Shown here one piece after another: positions 1 through 10,291 of a DNA stretch of 64,000 nucleotides. Within the stretch, counting starts at the first letter, position 1, and each line of letters begins with the position of its first letter. This stretch comes from an uncultured Acidobacteriota bacterium (GTDB taxonomy: Bacteria; Acidobacteriota; Terriglobia; UBA7540). The notes beneath the pieces are model-generated. The model was not told the origin of the DNA, ran no database searches, and saw only the letters and a list, made by a program, of their open reading frames with translations. The stretch spans positions 576,001-640,000 of the forward strand of contig CAWDSK010000006.1 of NCBI GenBank assembly GCA_963804995.1, read 5' to 3'. Position numbers and translations under genes: made by a program.

Positions 1-2
1 AC

Positions 3-401
3 ACCGTCATCGAAGCCGGGCAGGGTTTGAGCATCCGCGAGATCTTTGAGAACTCCGGCGAACCCTTCTTTCGCCAGATCGAGCGTGCGGCGTTGACGGA
101 GGCTTCGAAATCCGAGCCGGCAGTTATTGCCCTGGGGGGTGGAACGTTCGCACAACCACCCAACGTCGATTTTATTCGCGATACGGGTGGCGCCACGATT
201 TGGCTGGACTGTCCGCCGGAAGTTTTGCGCGCCCGTTGCGAAGGGTTGGAGAATCGCCCGCTTTTCCGCGATGCCGAGTCCTTTGGCCGGCTGCTGGTCG
301 ACCGGTTGCCGTATTACCGCCTCGCAGAATCGCGCGTCTCGACAGACGGCCTAACACCTCAGCAGGTGGTCGAACAAATCCTGCGTCTGCGGCTCGCCTG
401 A
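3..401 (+). CDS. aroK: Shikimate kinase (5'-truncated by window edge)
   Basis: Motifs SIREIF..GEPFFRQIE, VIALGGG, IWLD and RPL are typical of AroK; the frame is open to the window start. Confidence 0.9.
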   Translation, partial: TVIEAGQGLSIREIFENSGEPFFRQIERAALTEASKSEPAVIALGGGTFAQPPNVDFIRDTGGATIWLDCPPEVLRARCEGLENRPLFRDAESFGRLLVDRLPYYRLAESRVSTDGLTPQQVVEQILRLRLA

Positions 402-418
402 GCTGAAAGGAGTTTCCC

Positions 419-1153
419 CTGGCCTCCCTAAAACGCTGTGTCCTGCTCCTGGCCGTTGCCCTGTTCGCAAGCGGCGCGTGGGCCGCTGACCCCTTGGCAG
501 GCCAAGCTCCAAGTCCCACGCCTCCAGACCTGAATGACCAGGGCACCTTCGAGATTCTTGTCGCCGGCAAGAATATCGGAACTGAGAAGTTTGAGATTCG
601 AACCGGGCCGAAGCAAATTGAAGCTCAGGCCGAGGTTCATCTGCGGATGGAACAAGACGGAAAAACGCTGGAGGTCAGGACCTCACCGCATCTGATCCTC
701 AACCCACAACTCCGGCCTCTTTCCTATACCTGGAGCCAGAAGGGCACACAGTCTTCCCAGCTCTCCATTGACTTCCATTCCTCTCCCGCCCGCGCCCAAT
801 ACAAGACCGTAACCGGTGAATCCGATCGGCGTGACTTCAAGTTAGGCAAGGACGTGATGGTGCTGGATGACAACGTCGTCCACCACTACCAGTTAGTGGT
901 TGACCGATACGATCAGACAAGCAAGGGGAAACAAACTCTTAACGCCTTCATTCCGCAGGAAGCCCTCCCCGGTGAGATCACGGTGGAGGACGTGGGCGCT
1001 GAGCCGGTTAGCGTCAGAGGAGAAAGCCTCAACTTGCGGCATCTCACCCTCACCACGGACTTGGCGCGCGTCGACCTTTGGGTCGATAACCAGGACCACC
1101 TGCAAGTTGTCTCTGTGCCCGTTGCCCAGCTCCAGGCTGTGCGGAAGAAATAA
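419..1153 (+). CDS. Secreted hypothetical beta-rich protein, probable CTG start
   Basis: ORF 494-1153 extends in frame to CTG at 419, preceded by SD AAGGAG; the extension encodes a signal peptide (MASLKRCVLLLAVALFASGAWA). Confidence 0.7.
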   Translation: MASLKRCVLLLAVALFASGAWAADPLAGQAPSPTPPDLNDQGTFEILVAGKNIGTEKFEIRTGPKQIEAQAEVHLRMEQDGKTLEVRTSPHLILNPQLRPLSYTWSQKGTQSSQLSIDFHSSPARAQYKTVTGESDRRDFKLGKDVMVLDDNVVHHYQLVVDRYDQTSKGKQTLNAFIPQEALPGEITVEDVGAEPVSVRGESLNLRHLTLTTDLARVDLWVDNQDHLQVVSVPVAQLQAVRKK

Positions 1154-1159
1154 ACATCC

Positions 1160-2110
1160 ATGGAAAAAATACTCGTTACCGGCGGCGCCGGGTTCATTGG
1201 GTCCCACCTCGTGGAACGCCTGCTCCGGGAAGGAAAGCGCCTCGCGCTTGTCGATAACCTGGACGATTACTATGACCCGGAAATGAAACGGGCTAACCTC
1301 GCGGAAATCCGGGCGTGCGGAAATTTCGAATTCTTCGCCGTGGATATTCGCGAAGACGAGAAGCTGCGCGCGGTGTTTCAGAGGTTCCAGCCGGAGGTCG
1401 TGGTGCACTTGGCGGCCCGCCCCGGCGTGCGCCCCTCATTCCTCCAACCGGACGCGTACGTGTCCACCAATGTCGCCGGCACCGCGCGGTTGCTGGAGGT
1501 GAGCCGGCAATACGGTGTGCCGCGGTTTGTGTTTGCTTCCTCAAGTTCCGTGTACGGGAAAGCCAACCGCGCCCCATTCAGGGAAGACGCTTCGACGGGC
1601 ACTCCCCTGTCCATCTATGCCGCTACCAAAGTTTCCGGCGAAGCCTTGGCATTCACCTACTCTGAGGCCTATCCCCTTTCCGTAGTCTGCTTGCGCCTCT
1701 TCACGGTGTTCGGGCCTCGCCAGCGGCCGGATCTCGCCATCCGCAAGTTTGCAGGCCTGATTCTGGAAGGCGCAGAAGTGCCTATCTACGGGGACGGTAG
1801 TATCCAACGTGATTTCACGTATATCGACAACATCGTGGAAGGCATTGTGCGCGCCCTCAAAACTCCTGGCCGCTTCGACGTTTTTAATCTGGGAAATTCA
1901 CACCCTGTGCGCGTGGACTATATGGTGGATACCCTGGCGCGTGCTCTCGGCAAGCCCGTACAGCGAAAATTCCTTCCCGCCCCACCCGGTGAAATGGTCC
2001 TGACCCACGCGGACCTCACCAAGGCTCGCCAGGTTCTTGGCTACAGCCCCAAAGTTAGCTTCGAAGATGGAATTCTGCGGTTTGCTGACTGGCTGAGAAC
2101 TCGTGCGTGA
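1160..2110 (+). CDS. NAD-dependent epimerase/dehydratase (UDP-glucuronate 4-epimerase-like)
   Basis: VTGGAGFIGSH Rossmann motif, HLAARPGVRPS, SSSSVYG, YAATK, FTVFGPRQRPD. Confidence 0.9.
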   Translation: MEKILVTGGAGFIGSHLVERLLREGKRLALVDNLDDYYDPEMKRANLAEIRACGNFEFFAVDIREDEKLRAVFQRFQPEVVVHLAARPGVRPSFLQPDAYVSTNVAGTARLLEVSRQYGVPRFVFASSSSVYGKANRAPFREDASTGTPLSIYAATKVSGEALAFTYSEAYPLSVVCLRLFTVFGPRQRPDLAIRKFAGLILEGAEVPIYGDGSIQRDFTYIDNIVEGIVRALKTPGRFDVFNLGNSHPVRVDYMVDTLARALGKPVQRKFLPAPPGEMVLTHADLTKARQVLGYSPKVSFEDGILRFADWLRTRA

Positions 2111-2184
2111 GTATCCCACTGCTGGGATGTTAGGGAGACAGAATGAGTTCTAAACAGGAAGGTTTTTAGGGGAAATAAAACGAA

Positions 2185-2220
2185 CGAGCGGCATCCGCAT
2201 CGTTGCTCGGATGCCGCTCG
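2185..2220. terminator. Hairpin between convergent genes, probable bidirectional terminator
   Basis: 13-bp perfect inverted repeat CGAGCGGCATCCG / CGGATGCCGCTCG. Confidence 0.7.
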
Positions 2221-2246
2221 CCCTTTAGATCTCTTGCAGATGGCGC

Positions 2247-3170
2247 CTAACGCCTAACTTGGTGGAAATCGCCTGTAAAGGTGCTCGCTGGGCAATTCAA
2301 ACCTAGGACCGGGCTGACAGTCGCCCCCGCCTCCAAGGCTTCATTGTCGTACTCGCAGGCTGCAATGTTATATGCGGCCGCAGCTTGTGAGTCAGCAGCC
2401 GCAGCAGCTGACTCCCCAGCGGCCGCAGCAGAAGCCGCAGCGTTTGCAGCAGCGGTAGCGGCGCCCGCAGCAGAAGCCGCAGCGTTCGCAGCAGCTTCGG
2501 CCGAAAGCGAGTTAGAACTCGCGTCATTCGCCTTGCTTTCCGCAAGCCCCGCCAGAATAGCAGCCGCGACGGCAGCGCCTAGCGCCCCAACTTCCAGCGC
2601 CGTGTTCCCACCGCCGCTGCCCCAGCCACCGTTGCCACCCTTATCGGCAGTCTTGGGAGCGATAACGATGGTTTGCCCCTTCGTGACGTTCTTGGTTGTT
2701 CCGTGATCATCAACCTGCAAAGCACCTTCCTTTGCCGTGATAACAACGGAGCCATTCAACATGGCGACTTCGCCGAGGGTCTTAAACCCAGCCGTCGGCA
2801 CAATGGAAACGTTGCCGACTTTTACCCGTACCCCAGCTCCGTCGATCGGATGGAACACCGATACGTTGCCCTGGCTAAGCAGGACGGTGACCTGATTGGC
2901 ATCCCTCATGAAGGATGCAACCGTGTCATGGCCAAACACCATGCGGCCGCTAGTTCCCGCGGCTACTACGGCTACACCATCTCTCACTTGCAGGCTGTCA
3001 CCACTGAATATCGTGGTATTCGGCAGAAGCGCCTGGCCGCCTACGGATGCATTCATGCTGCCCGCTACAGATCCGATCACAGCGGAACCGGCTAGCGCCG
3101 GCACAGAAGCAACCATCCCTACAAGGAGCGCAAATAGGCTGACTCGCAAAATTGTGGACTTGGTGGACAT
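2247..3170 (-). CDS. Secreted protein: FecR-like beta domain, Gly-rich linker, hydrophobic helix, Ala-rich heptad tail
   Basis: ATG at 3170 with SD AAAAGGAG; signal peptide ending PALA; TIFSGDSL..VLLSQGNV..AKEGALQV pattern; Ala-rich C-terminus. Confidence 0.7.
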   Translation of the reverse strand: MSTKSTILRVSLFALLVGMVASVPALAGSAVIGSVAGSMNASVGGQALLPNTTIFSGDSLQVRDGVAVVAAGTSGRMVFGHDTVASFMRDANQVTVLLSQGNVSVFHPIDGAGVRVKVGNVSIVPTAGFKTLGEVAMLNGSVVITAKEGALQVDDHGTTKNVTKGQTIVIAPKTADKGGNGGWGSGGGNTALEVGALGAAVAAAILAGLAESKANDASSNSLSAEAAANAAASAAGAATAAANAAASAAAAGESAAAAADSQAAAAYNIAACEYDNEALEAGATVSPVLGLNCPASTFTGDFHQVRR

Positions 3171-3788
3171 CGTTGATACTCCTTTTTGGGCCCGGAACCC
3201 CTCTGACTGCCGCAACCCAAGGTTTCAGTTTTTAATTTGGTCTTTCGTTGCGAACACAGATTAGCTTCTGGCGGAAATGTTGTCAAGTTTTTTTTTCAGA
3301 AAAACCTAACTTTTTTGGTAGGGTACAAGACGGAAAGTCTGAGGTGTCATTATTACCATGTGAAAACTGCAACCAACTACAAATACAGGCCTTAGCTGAA
3401 TGCACGAGAGACCGTGCGAGGGGGCTCGGGGAAACATTAAAAGATTGTTAAGACACGTGTCATTTTAATATCTGGATACCATGTGAGAATCACGTACGCG
3501 CCTAGGCCTTCCATGGCTCCACATCCCTCATCACTGTCCAGCATGGTGGCTTTGGATCTGGTTTCCACAGCGCCGGGATGAAGTCTCCTTCGACACATTA
3601 CTCATGCCCCGAAGGAAGATCCCGCCGCGCCTGCCGAAAAACAGATTGCAACCTGGCGCAACAACGTACCCCAGGTGCATATATACGTTTAGGGCATGAC
3701 CTGCTTAACGAATAAACGACTGGAAATAGTTGTGGGTTCTTATTTTGCCGCAGGGTGAAGACAAACTTCGGCCAGTTGTTCCTTCCGG

Positions 3789-4823
3789 TCAAACGCGGAT
3801 TATAGCCTTCACCACGCCGTCGCGCCGCGCCGAGACGAGTTCGAAGGCCTGGGGGGTTTCCTCGAGCGGAAAGTGATGGGTGACGAGGGGGCGGACGTTG
3901 ATGCGGCCGCTGGCGATGAGGTCAATGGCGGGCGCCACGCATTCGTTCTGGCGGCGCACATGGAGGATCCGCAATTCGTTCCGCCGCAGCAGACTGCTAT
4001 CAAAGCTCACCCGGTCAACTTCTGGAATCCCGATGACCAACAATGCGCCAGCGGGCTTCAAGAGTTCAAGGCCCTGGTCAAGTGTCTCCTGCTCGCCCGC
4101 GCATTCGAATACCGTGTCCAGGCCGAGTGGGGCAAGCTGGCGAATGGCGGCCACCACGTCTTCGTGGCGGGGATTGCCGGTCCAATCAGCCCCGCAGGTG
4201 CGGGCCACGGAGAGGCGCTCGTCAAGAATATCCGTCACATAAACGGTAGCCTGCAGGTGGGCGCGAATCGCCAGCAGTGTGCATAATCCAATCGGCCCCG
4301 ACCCCAGGATTCCAGCCTGTGCGCCGGGAGGCAGTTGGGCCATCGCCGCCGCGTAAAGGCCGATGGATAGCGGCTCAACGATCGTGGCTTCGTCATCATC
4401 GAGCGAGTCGGGCACCGCAAGGCAACACTCCGCCGGCAACACCAGATATTCCACCAGCGCCCCCGGCAACTGTCCGGGATTGCCCAGGAATTTCTGCTTC
4501 CGGCAGGTATGCTTGCGTCCCGCACGGCATTGGTCGCAGCTCCCGCACGGTACCAGTGGGTCAACCGCCACGCGTTGCCCCACGCGCAATTCCCGCACTT
4601 CGGCACCGACTTCAAGAATCGTACCGGCGCACTCATGACCGAGGATATGGGGAAACTCCACGACCTGGGGGCCAATTCGCCCCTGGTTGTAATAATGCAT
4701 GTCCGAACCGCAGACGCCCACGGCGTTGATCCGGAGCATCACTTCGTGCGGTCCTGGCTGGCGGGGGGCCGGCGCCGGGCGGATCTCCACTTGGTTTAGA
4801 CCGGTCAGGTACGCTGCTTTCAT
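3789..4823 (-). CDS. Zn-dependent medium-chain dehydrogenase (sorbitol/L-iditol dehydrogenase-like)
   Basis: GVCGSD, GHE, CxxCxxC..C structural Zn site, EPLS, GSGPIG. Confidence 0.9.
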   Translation of the reverse strand: MKAAYLTGLNQVEIRPAPAPRQPGPHEVMLRINAVGVCGSDMHYYNQGRIGPQVVEFPHILGHECAGTILEVGAEVRELRVGQRVAVDPLVPCGSCDQCRAGRKHTCRKQKFLGNPGQLPGALVEYLVLPAECCLAVPDSLDDDEATIVEPLSIGLYAAAMAQLPPGAQAGILGSGPIGLCTLLAIRAHLQATVYVTDILDERLSVARTCGADWTGNPRHEDVVAAIRQLAPLGLDTVFECAGEQETLDQGLELLKPAGALLVIGIPEVDRVSFDSSLLRRNELRILHVRRQNECVAPAIDLIASGRINVRPLVTHHFPLEETPQAFELVSARRDGVVKAIIRV

Positions 4824-4998
4824 TGCATCTCCAGCCACGATTCCCTCTCCACTTCGGGTTCAACCGATGGTACCATCGATTACCTCAAAGGGTTAGTCAA
4901 CACGTTGAGGAGACATGAGACTGGGCGACGCCCGGCGTGCCCGTGCGCAGGCTGGGCGCAGCGTGGCGGAATGCAGAACTCCAAGGAGGACAACAACC

Positions 4999-5514
4999 AT
5001 GAAGAGAATCATTCTGGCTTCAGGCCTGGTAGTGCTATTCGCGGGCCTGACCTTCGGCAAGATGGCGGCAACCGCCAAGGCGGATCTCTCCGACAGCAAG
5101 GGCCAACACGTCGGAACCGCCAAACTCAAAGGAACTGACCAGGGAGTGAGCGTGGCGATCGAGGTCGCCAACCTTCCCCCGGGAGTGCACGGCTTCCACA
5201 TCCACGCAGTCGGCAAGTGTGAAACGCCAGATTTCAAAAGTGCAGGCGGACACTTCAATCCCGAGGGCAAGAAGCACGGATTGGAAAACCCGGAAGGCCA
5301 CCATGCGGGTGATCTCCAGAATCTGACTGTGGATGCCCGCGGGAAAGCAAAAGTAAAAGTCGTGGTGACAGGTGTCACGCTGGGTGAAGGAGCGAACTCG
5401 CTCTTTCATCCGGAGGGCACGGCCCTTGTCATCCATGCCGCCCCCGATGATATGAAGACCGACCCAGCCGGCAATGCCGGCGCGCGTATTGCCTGTGGTG
5501 TGATTACGAAATAG
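4999..5514 (+). CDS. sodC: Periplasmic Cu/Zn superoxide dismutase
   Basis: HGFHIH, GGHFNP, HHAGDL, VIHA..DD, GNAGARIACG; SD AAGGAGG; signal peptide. Confidence 0.95.
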   Translation: MKRIILASGLVVLFAGLTFGKMAATAKADLSDSKGQHVGTAKLKGTDQGVSVAIEVANLPPGVHGFHIHAVGKCETPDFKSAGGHFNPEGKKHGLENPEGHHAGDLQNLTVDARGKAKVKVVVTGVTLGEGANSLFHPEGTALVIHAAPDDMKTDPAGNAGARIACGVITK

Positions 5515-5529
5515 CTAACCAGCCGGAGG

Positions 5530-5553
5530 CGGGGCGTGGCGGCCCACGCCCCG
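5530..5553. terminator. GC hairpin between convergent sodC and sucA
   Basis: CGGGGCGTGG / CCACGCCCCG 10-bp stem. Confidence 0.6.
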
Positions 5554-5573
5554 AATTCCCTTATCTCGGTGTC

Positions 5574-8022
5574 CTATTCTGCCTTCATGGTCGTGAAGGC
5601 CAGGGTGAGCAATGTTTTCTGCTCGACCTCATGCGCCTTGCCGGAGCCCGTGGCGGGACTGGGACTCGCCGAGCGCTTTACGGAGCGCACCGCGCGGGGC
5701 CGCGCCAAGCGCCTTAACCGTGGCATGAGGAAAAACAGCGCACCCATGTTAGCAGGCTCCTCTTGAACCCAAACCACCTCCCTGACCGCAGGATGCTCAT
5801 TGATTGCGGAAAGCAGTTCCTTGTCCGGAAAAGGATAAAGCTGGTCGAGGGCGAGGATGGCCGTCTGCGTGTCTCCGCGTTTCTTGCGTTCGGCGCGCAG
5901 TTCGTGGACGATCTTGCCTGTGCCCACCAGCAGGCGCCGGGCCTGGGTAACCTCGTGATCCGGGATTACCGGCAAGAAGCGTCCACGGGTGAGGTCCTCG
6001 AAGGATGAAGCAGCGGCCGGATGCCGCAACATGCCCTTGGGGGTAAACACCACCAGCGGCTTACGCCACCGCCGCAGCGCCTGGCGACGCAACAGATGGA
6101 AATATTGAGCGGCGTTGGTGGGCTGGCAGATTTGAATGTTGTCGCGGGCGGCAAGCTGCAAAAAGCGCCCCAGGCGCGCGCTCGAGTGCTCTGGTCCCTG
6201 TCCTTCGTAACCGTGCGGCAACAACAGAACCAGCCCGGAAAGTAATCCCCACTTGTCTTCCCCGGCTGCGATGAATTGATCGATATAGACTTGCGCGCCG
6301 TTGGCGAAATCCCCGAACTGCGCTTCCCAGAGCACCAAAGTCTCTGGATAGTCGCGGCTATATCCATACTCGAACCCTACCACCGCGGCCTCCGAGAGTG
6401 GCGAATCATAAATCTCAAACGCCGGCTGTTGGGGCGCAAGATGGGCGAGTGGCGTGTACGCGGCCTCAGTTTCCGTGTCGAACAGCGTGGCGTGACGCTG
6501 GTTGAAGGTTCCACGCCGGGAGTCCTGGCCGGTCAAACGCACCGCGGTTCCCTGCCGCAGGAGCGTGGCAAACGCCAGCAGCTCCGCGGTGCCGTAGTCG
6601 AGCGCATGGCGGCCCTGCGCCATCTGTAGGCGCTGGTCCAAAAGTTTTTTCACCTTGGGATGAACCGAGAAGCCTGCCGGAACCCGCACCAGCGCCTCAC
6701 CGATAGCGCCTAATTCCTCGACGGGCACAGCGGTCTCCACTTCCAATTCCGGTTTATAGGGTCCGCCGCGGTAGTTGTCCCAATAGGGAGGCAGCTCGCG
6801 CAGCAGCGGATTCTTGCGGATGGTACGGGCATGCTTGAGTGCCGCCTCAAACTCCCCGCGGACTTCCGCACTATGCGGGGCAGGGTCAATCTGGTGGCGG
6901 CGAGCGTAAGATTCCCAAACCGGCGGCAGTGCGGCGATGCGCCGGTAACGCACGGGTTGCGTCGTGGTGGGGTCATCAATCTCGCTGTGCCCGTGGCGGC
7001 GGTAGCCGATCAGATCCACCACTACGTCGCTCGAGAATTTGTAGCGGTATTCCGCCGCCCAGCGCGCCACGCGTACGGCCGCATCCGGGTCTTCCGCGTT
7101 TACATGAAAAATCGGAATCGGCAACCGTTTGGCCACGTCAGCGGCAAAACGCGAGGAGGAGGTATCCTCGGGGTTGGCCGTGAATCCAATCAGATTGTTC
7201 ACCACCACGTGCACGGTGCCACCCACCGCGTATCCCTCAAGGTTAGCCAGGTTAAGCGTCTCCGCGGCGACACCCTGTCCCGCGAAAGCCGCGTCGCCGT
7301 GTAGTAGTACGGGAAGTACGCAGGTGGTGCCTCCCTGGCAAAGACGTGCCTGCTTGGCGCGGGTCCGTCCGACGGCCACGGGATCGACCGCCTCCAAGTG
7401 CGAAGGGTTAGAAACCAGGTGGATCCGCATGGGGCGGCCCTGTGCGGTCCGATAATCGCCGGTCGCGCCCAGGTGATACTTCACGTCGCCACCACCCAGG
7501 AAACTGCGCGGATCAACGTCTTCGAAGCGAGCAAAGATGTCATCCGCGGCTTTGCCCACAATGTGCACCATCACGTTCAGGCGTCCACGGTGGCTCATGG
7601 CCAGCACGGTCTGCTCTGCGCCCAACTCCGCGGCGCGATCCAGAATCTCATCCAGAAGCGGAACGAGCGTCACCACCCCTTCCAGCGAGAAGCGCTTGGT
7701 TCCTGGGTAGCGCGATTGCAGCACCTGTTCGAAGATTCCCGCGCGGGTCAGCCGGTTCGAGCACACGAGGAGTGTCCACCGCCGGAGGGTCCACTTCGAG
7801 GCGCTCCTCGATCCACCGCCGGCGCTCGGGATCGGGGATGTGCATGAATTCCACGCCGATTGTGCCGCAGTAACAACGCCGCGCCTGAGCCGCCGCCTCG
7901 CCATTAATAGCAAGCTCCGGCGGCGCCAGCGGCTTCAGATAGCCAAGCGGATCGAGGTCCGCTGCGAGGTAGCCCCAGTGGCGAAAAGCGTCGAAAACTG
8001 TTTCATCTGTGAGAGAAGCCAT
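5574..8022 (-). CDS. sucA: 2-oxoglutarate dehydrogenase E1 (short form), split by a 1-nt insertion near 7756
   Basis: ORF 7648-8022 (GYLAADLDPL, YCGTIGVEFMHI) joins ORF 5574-7913 (KRFSLEG, MSHRGRLN, HGDAAFAGQG, WEAQFGDF, PHGYEGQGPEHSS) when one base is removed at GTTCGAG 7755-7761. Confidence 0.92.
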
Positions 8023-8179
8023 AGCAGTCTTAGTATAACCTCTTCGGACGGTTCAGCGCGGGTGGGGACCGTGGGCCGTGGGCAGTTACGAGTCATCAGC
8101 TTGCTATCTTCAGCCAAGACCAAAACACCCTCCCACGAGCTCCAACCGACCCCCGAGAATTGGCGACAGGCAGCAGTTT

Positions 8180-8289
8180 GGTAGTGTCTCAGTTTGATGA
8201 TGTAGCGGCGAGTTTACCTCGCCATATGGCGGCGTCCCGATCAGATCGGGATGAATGCCGCCGCCTCTACGTCAAACTGGGACACTACC
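8180..8289. mobile_element. 110-bp MITE with 18-bp TIRs and 8-bp TSD, carrying a GTAG-type REP doublet
   Basis: GGTAGTGTCTCAGTTTGA ... TCAAACTGGGACACTACC (17/18 match); AGCAGTTT flanks both ends (8172-8179, 8290-8297). Confidence 0.85.
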
Positions 8290-8396
8290 AGCAGTTTTGC
8301 TCCTTACGGAACAAACACCCGCTCGGTTATAATCTCCGTGGGCTTTGCCAGGATAAGTGCCAAATCCCCACCGCCATCAGGAGAACGAGCCTGCCC

Positions 8397-8834
8397 ATGA
8401 CCGCATCACCGCAACTCCAGACTGATGAACAAGAGGTTCTAGCTGCCAACCGTGCGTTTTACACTGCCCTACACACGCTCGACTTGCCGATGATAGAGCA
8501 GCTCTGGCTGCATGCGGATTGGGTAATGTGTCTGCACCCGGGCTGGGAACTGTTGGTGGGTTGGGAGGATGTTCGGGGAAGCTGGGAGAGTATTTTCCGT
8601 TCCACCGGAAAGATGATGGTTTCCATCAGCCGGGCTCTGGTGCACGTAATGGGAGAAACCGCCTGGGTTTCCTGTCTTGAAAATGTGACCACCGCTTCCC
8701 CAAAAAACTTTTCCGCGGCGCTCGTTGAAACCACCAACATTTTCGTTCGGCGTGACGGCCGCTGGCTCCTTGTCCACCATCACACCACGCCCCTTGCGGG
8801 TGACGCGCCAGGCGCTACCTCTACCGTGCAGTAA
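8397..8834 (+). CDS. SnoaL-like / NTF2-family protein
   Basis: ANRAFY..W....CLHPGW..L.GW..VRGSW, TNIF....GRWLLVHHH. Confidence 0.85.
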   Translation: MTASPQLQTDEQEVLAANRAFYTALHTLDLPMIEQLWLHADWVMCLHPGWELLVGWEDVRGSWESIFRSTGKMMVSISRALVHVMGETAWVSCLENVTTASPKNFSAALVETTNIFVRRDGRWLLVHHHTTPLAGDAPGATSTVQ

Positions 8835-8955
8835 GTTTAATGCAGCGTTGGGCAAAGGCACGTGGAGCCAACTCCTTCCCGCGAACCTTGCAGCCCCACA
8901 GGGGGGTGTTTGAGTTCAGCGAAAACCCGAGCGAATCTGGTGTCACGAGGGGACT

Positions 8956-8990
8956 AAAAAAACGGGCGGCAATCCGAAGACCGCCGCCCC
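8956..8990 (-). terminator. Rho-independent terminator for the PDZ gene
   Basis: GGGCGGC/GCCGCCC stem followed by a T-run on the minus strand. Confidence 0.6.
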
Positions 8991-9043
8991 AGGGTAGTAT
9001 GCCGAAATAAAATTCATGCGAGGAGAAACCCCGCGGCCGAGCC

Positions 9044-10099
9044 TTAAATCTCACTGTTCGTGGGCTTTAAGGTGAAGAGGTTCTGCTGATTCTTCAATTG
9101 TTCCTTGAGGTTGCGCAACTGCTCGCGTAGTTGGCGCTGCCATTCGCCCTGCATCAGCTCCTTCTGCTTTTCAACTTCTTGCCGCAATTGCGCAGCGTTG
9201 AGCCGAGCCTGCCCCACCAACTCCTGGAGTTGCGCGACATCCCCTGGGTCAAGACCTATCACAGCCCTGGAGGTGCGCCCCTCCCGGGGGACGGAGCGCG
9301 TTAATTCCACGCTCACCGTCTGTTCATGGTGGTCGCGTACGAAGGTCAGGTTCACTTTGCGGGTGTGGTCCGTGAAATTTTCGTTCAGCGCGGCGCGGAG
9401 ATCATCTACGTCACTCACCGCTTTGCCATCCACTTGCACGATCACGTCGCCCGCCTTCAATCCGGCTTTTTCGGCGGCGCTGCCCACCATCACCTCGCGC
9501 ACCAGCACACCCTTCCCCTGCCTCACACCGAAGAATTGCGCAAGCTGCGAAGTGAGGTCGTCACCGGAAATTCCCAAACTGGCGCGCGCCGAAGAATTTG
9601 AAAAATCGAAGTCCGGCAAGGTCATCGGGGGAACGAACATTCCTGGAACAGAAGGGTTGGAGTGCCAATTAGCGGGCGCCCCCAGCTTCGCACTTACGGT
9701 ACGATCCTGCCCATCGCGTTTTACCTTGATCGCCACGGTGCGGCCGGGCGGCGTCTCGCGAATCAAGCGCCGCAACTCGGCGCTGCTGCGGACGTGAATT
9801 CCATCGAATTCCAAAATGACATCGCCCTTCTCGACTCCGGCTTTGGCGGCGGGGCTATTGGCTTCGACGCTCGTGACGATGGCGCCGGCTACGGCGGGCA
9901 ATTTCAATTCCTGCGCCTTTTCCGGCGTCACTTCATCCAGAATGACACCCAGGTGCGCGTTGCCATTGTTGAGCACGTAAACCTGTGGTGAATCAGGCGG
10001 GCCCGGCGGCTCTGGCATCTCCTGGCCCTGGAAAACTCCTGCCGCGGCCGCCAGCAGCGCCAGGGTAATGGCTGTTCCTAAAAGTATCTTGCTGGTCAT
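9044..10099 (-). CDS. Secreted tandem-PDZ protein without a protease domain
   Basis: Signal peptide; two PDZ repeats (HLGV...SPAAKAGVEKGDVI; SLGI...SAAEKAGLKAGDVI); C-terminal coiled coil. Confidence 0.85.
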   Translation of the reverse strand: MTSKILLGTAITLALLAAAAGVFQGQEMPEPPGPPDSPQVYVLNNGNAHLGVILDEVTPEKAQELKLPAVAGAIVTSVEANSPAAKAGVEKGDVILEFDGIHVRSSAELRRLIRETPPGRTVAIKVKRDGQDRTVSAKLGAPANWHSNPSVPGMFVPPMTLPDFDFSNSSARASLGISGDDLTSQLAQFFGVRQGKGVLVREVMVGSAAEKAGLKAGDVIVQVDGKAVSDVDDLRAALNENFTDHTRKVNLTFVRDHHEQTVSVELTRSVPREGRTSRAVIGLDPGDVAQLQELVGQARLNAAQLRQEVEKQKELMQGEWQRQLREQLRNLKEQLKNQQNLFTLKPTNSEI

Positions 10100-10190
10100 G
10101 GGTTTCCTCCGAGTACGAGTGGTTCTCCGGATATTCCGGAGTTCTCTCAACTACCCGTCTCCCTTGGCGGACTGACTGCTTGCTTTCCTA

Positions 10191-10220
10191 TAAGACGTAT
10201 TGCTCCGAGCTTGGTCATCA
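10191..10220 (-). promoter_or_regulatory. Putative ECF-sigma promoter upstream of the PDZ gene
   Basis: Minus strand TGATGACC-N15-CGTCTTA, similar to the motif upstream of the sigma gene. Confidence 0.5.
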
Positions 10221-10291
10221 CGGTTTTCCAACGCACCGACGATGGATGAGCAAATGAGCCGAGGGCTCAATCTTCCTTCGCCGCCGTAAAA

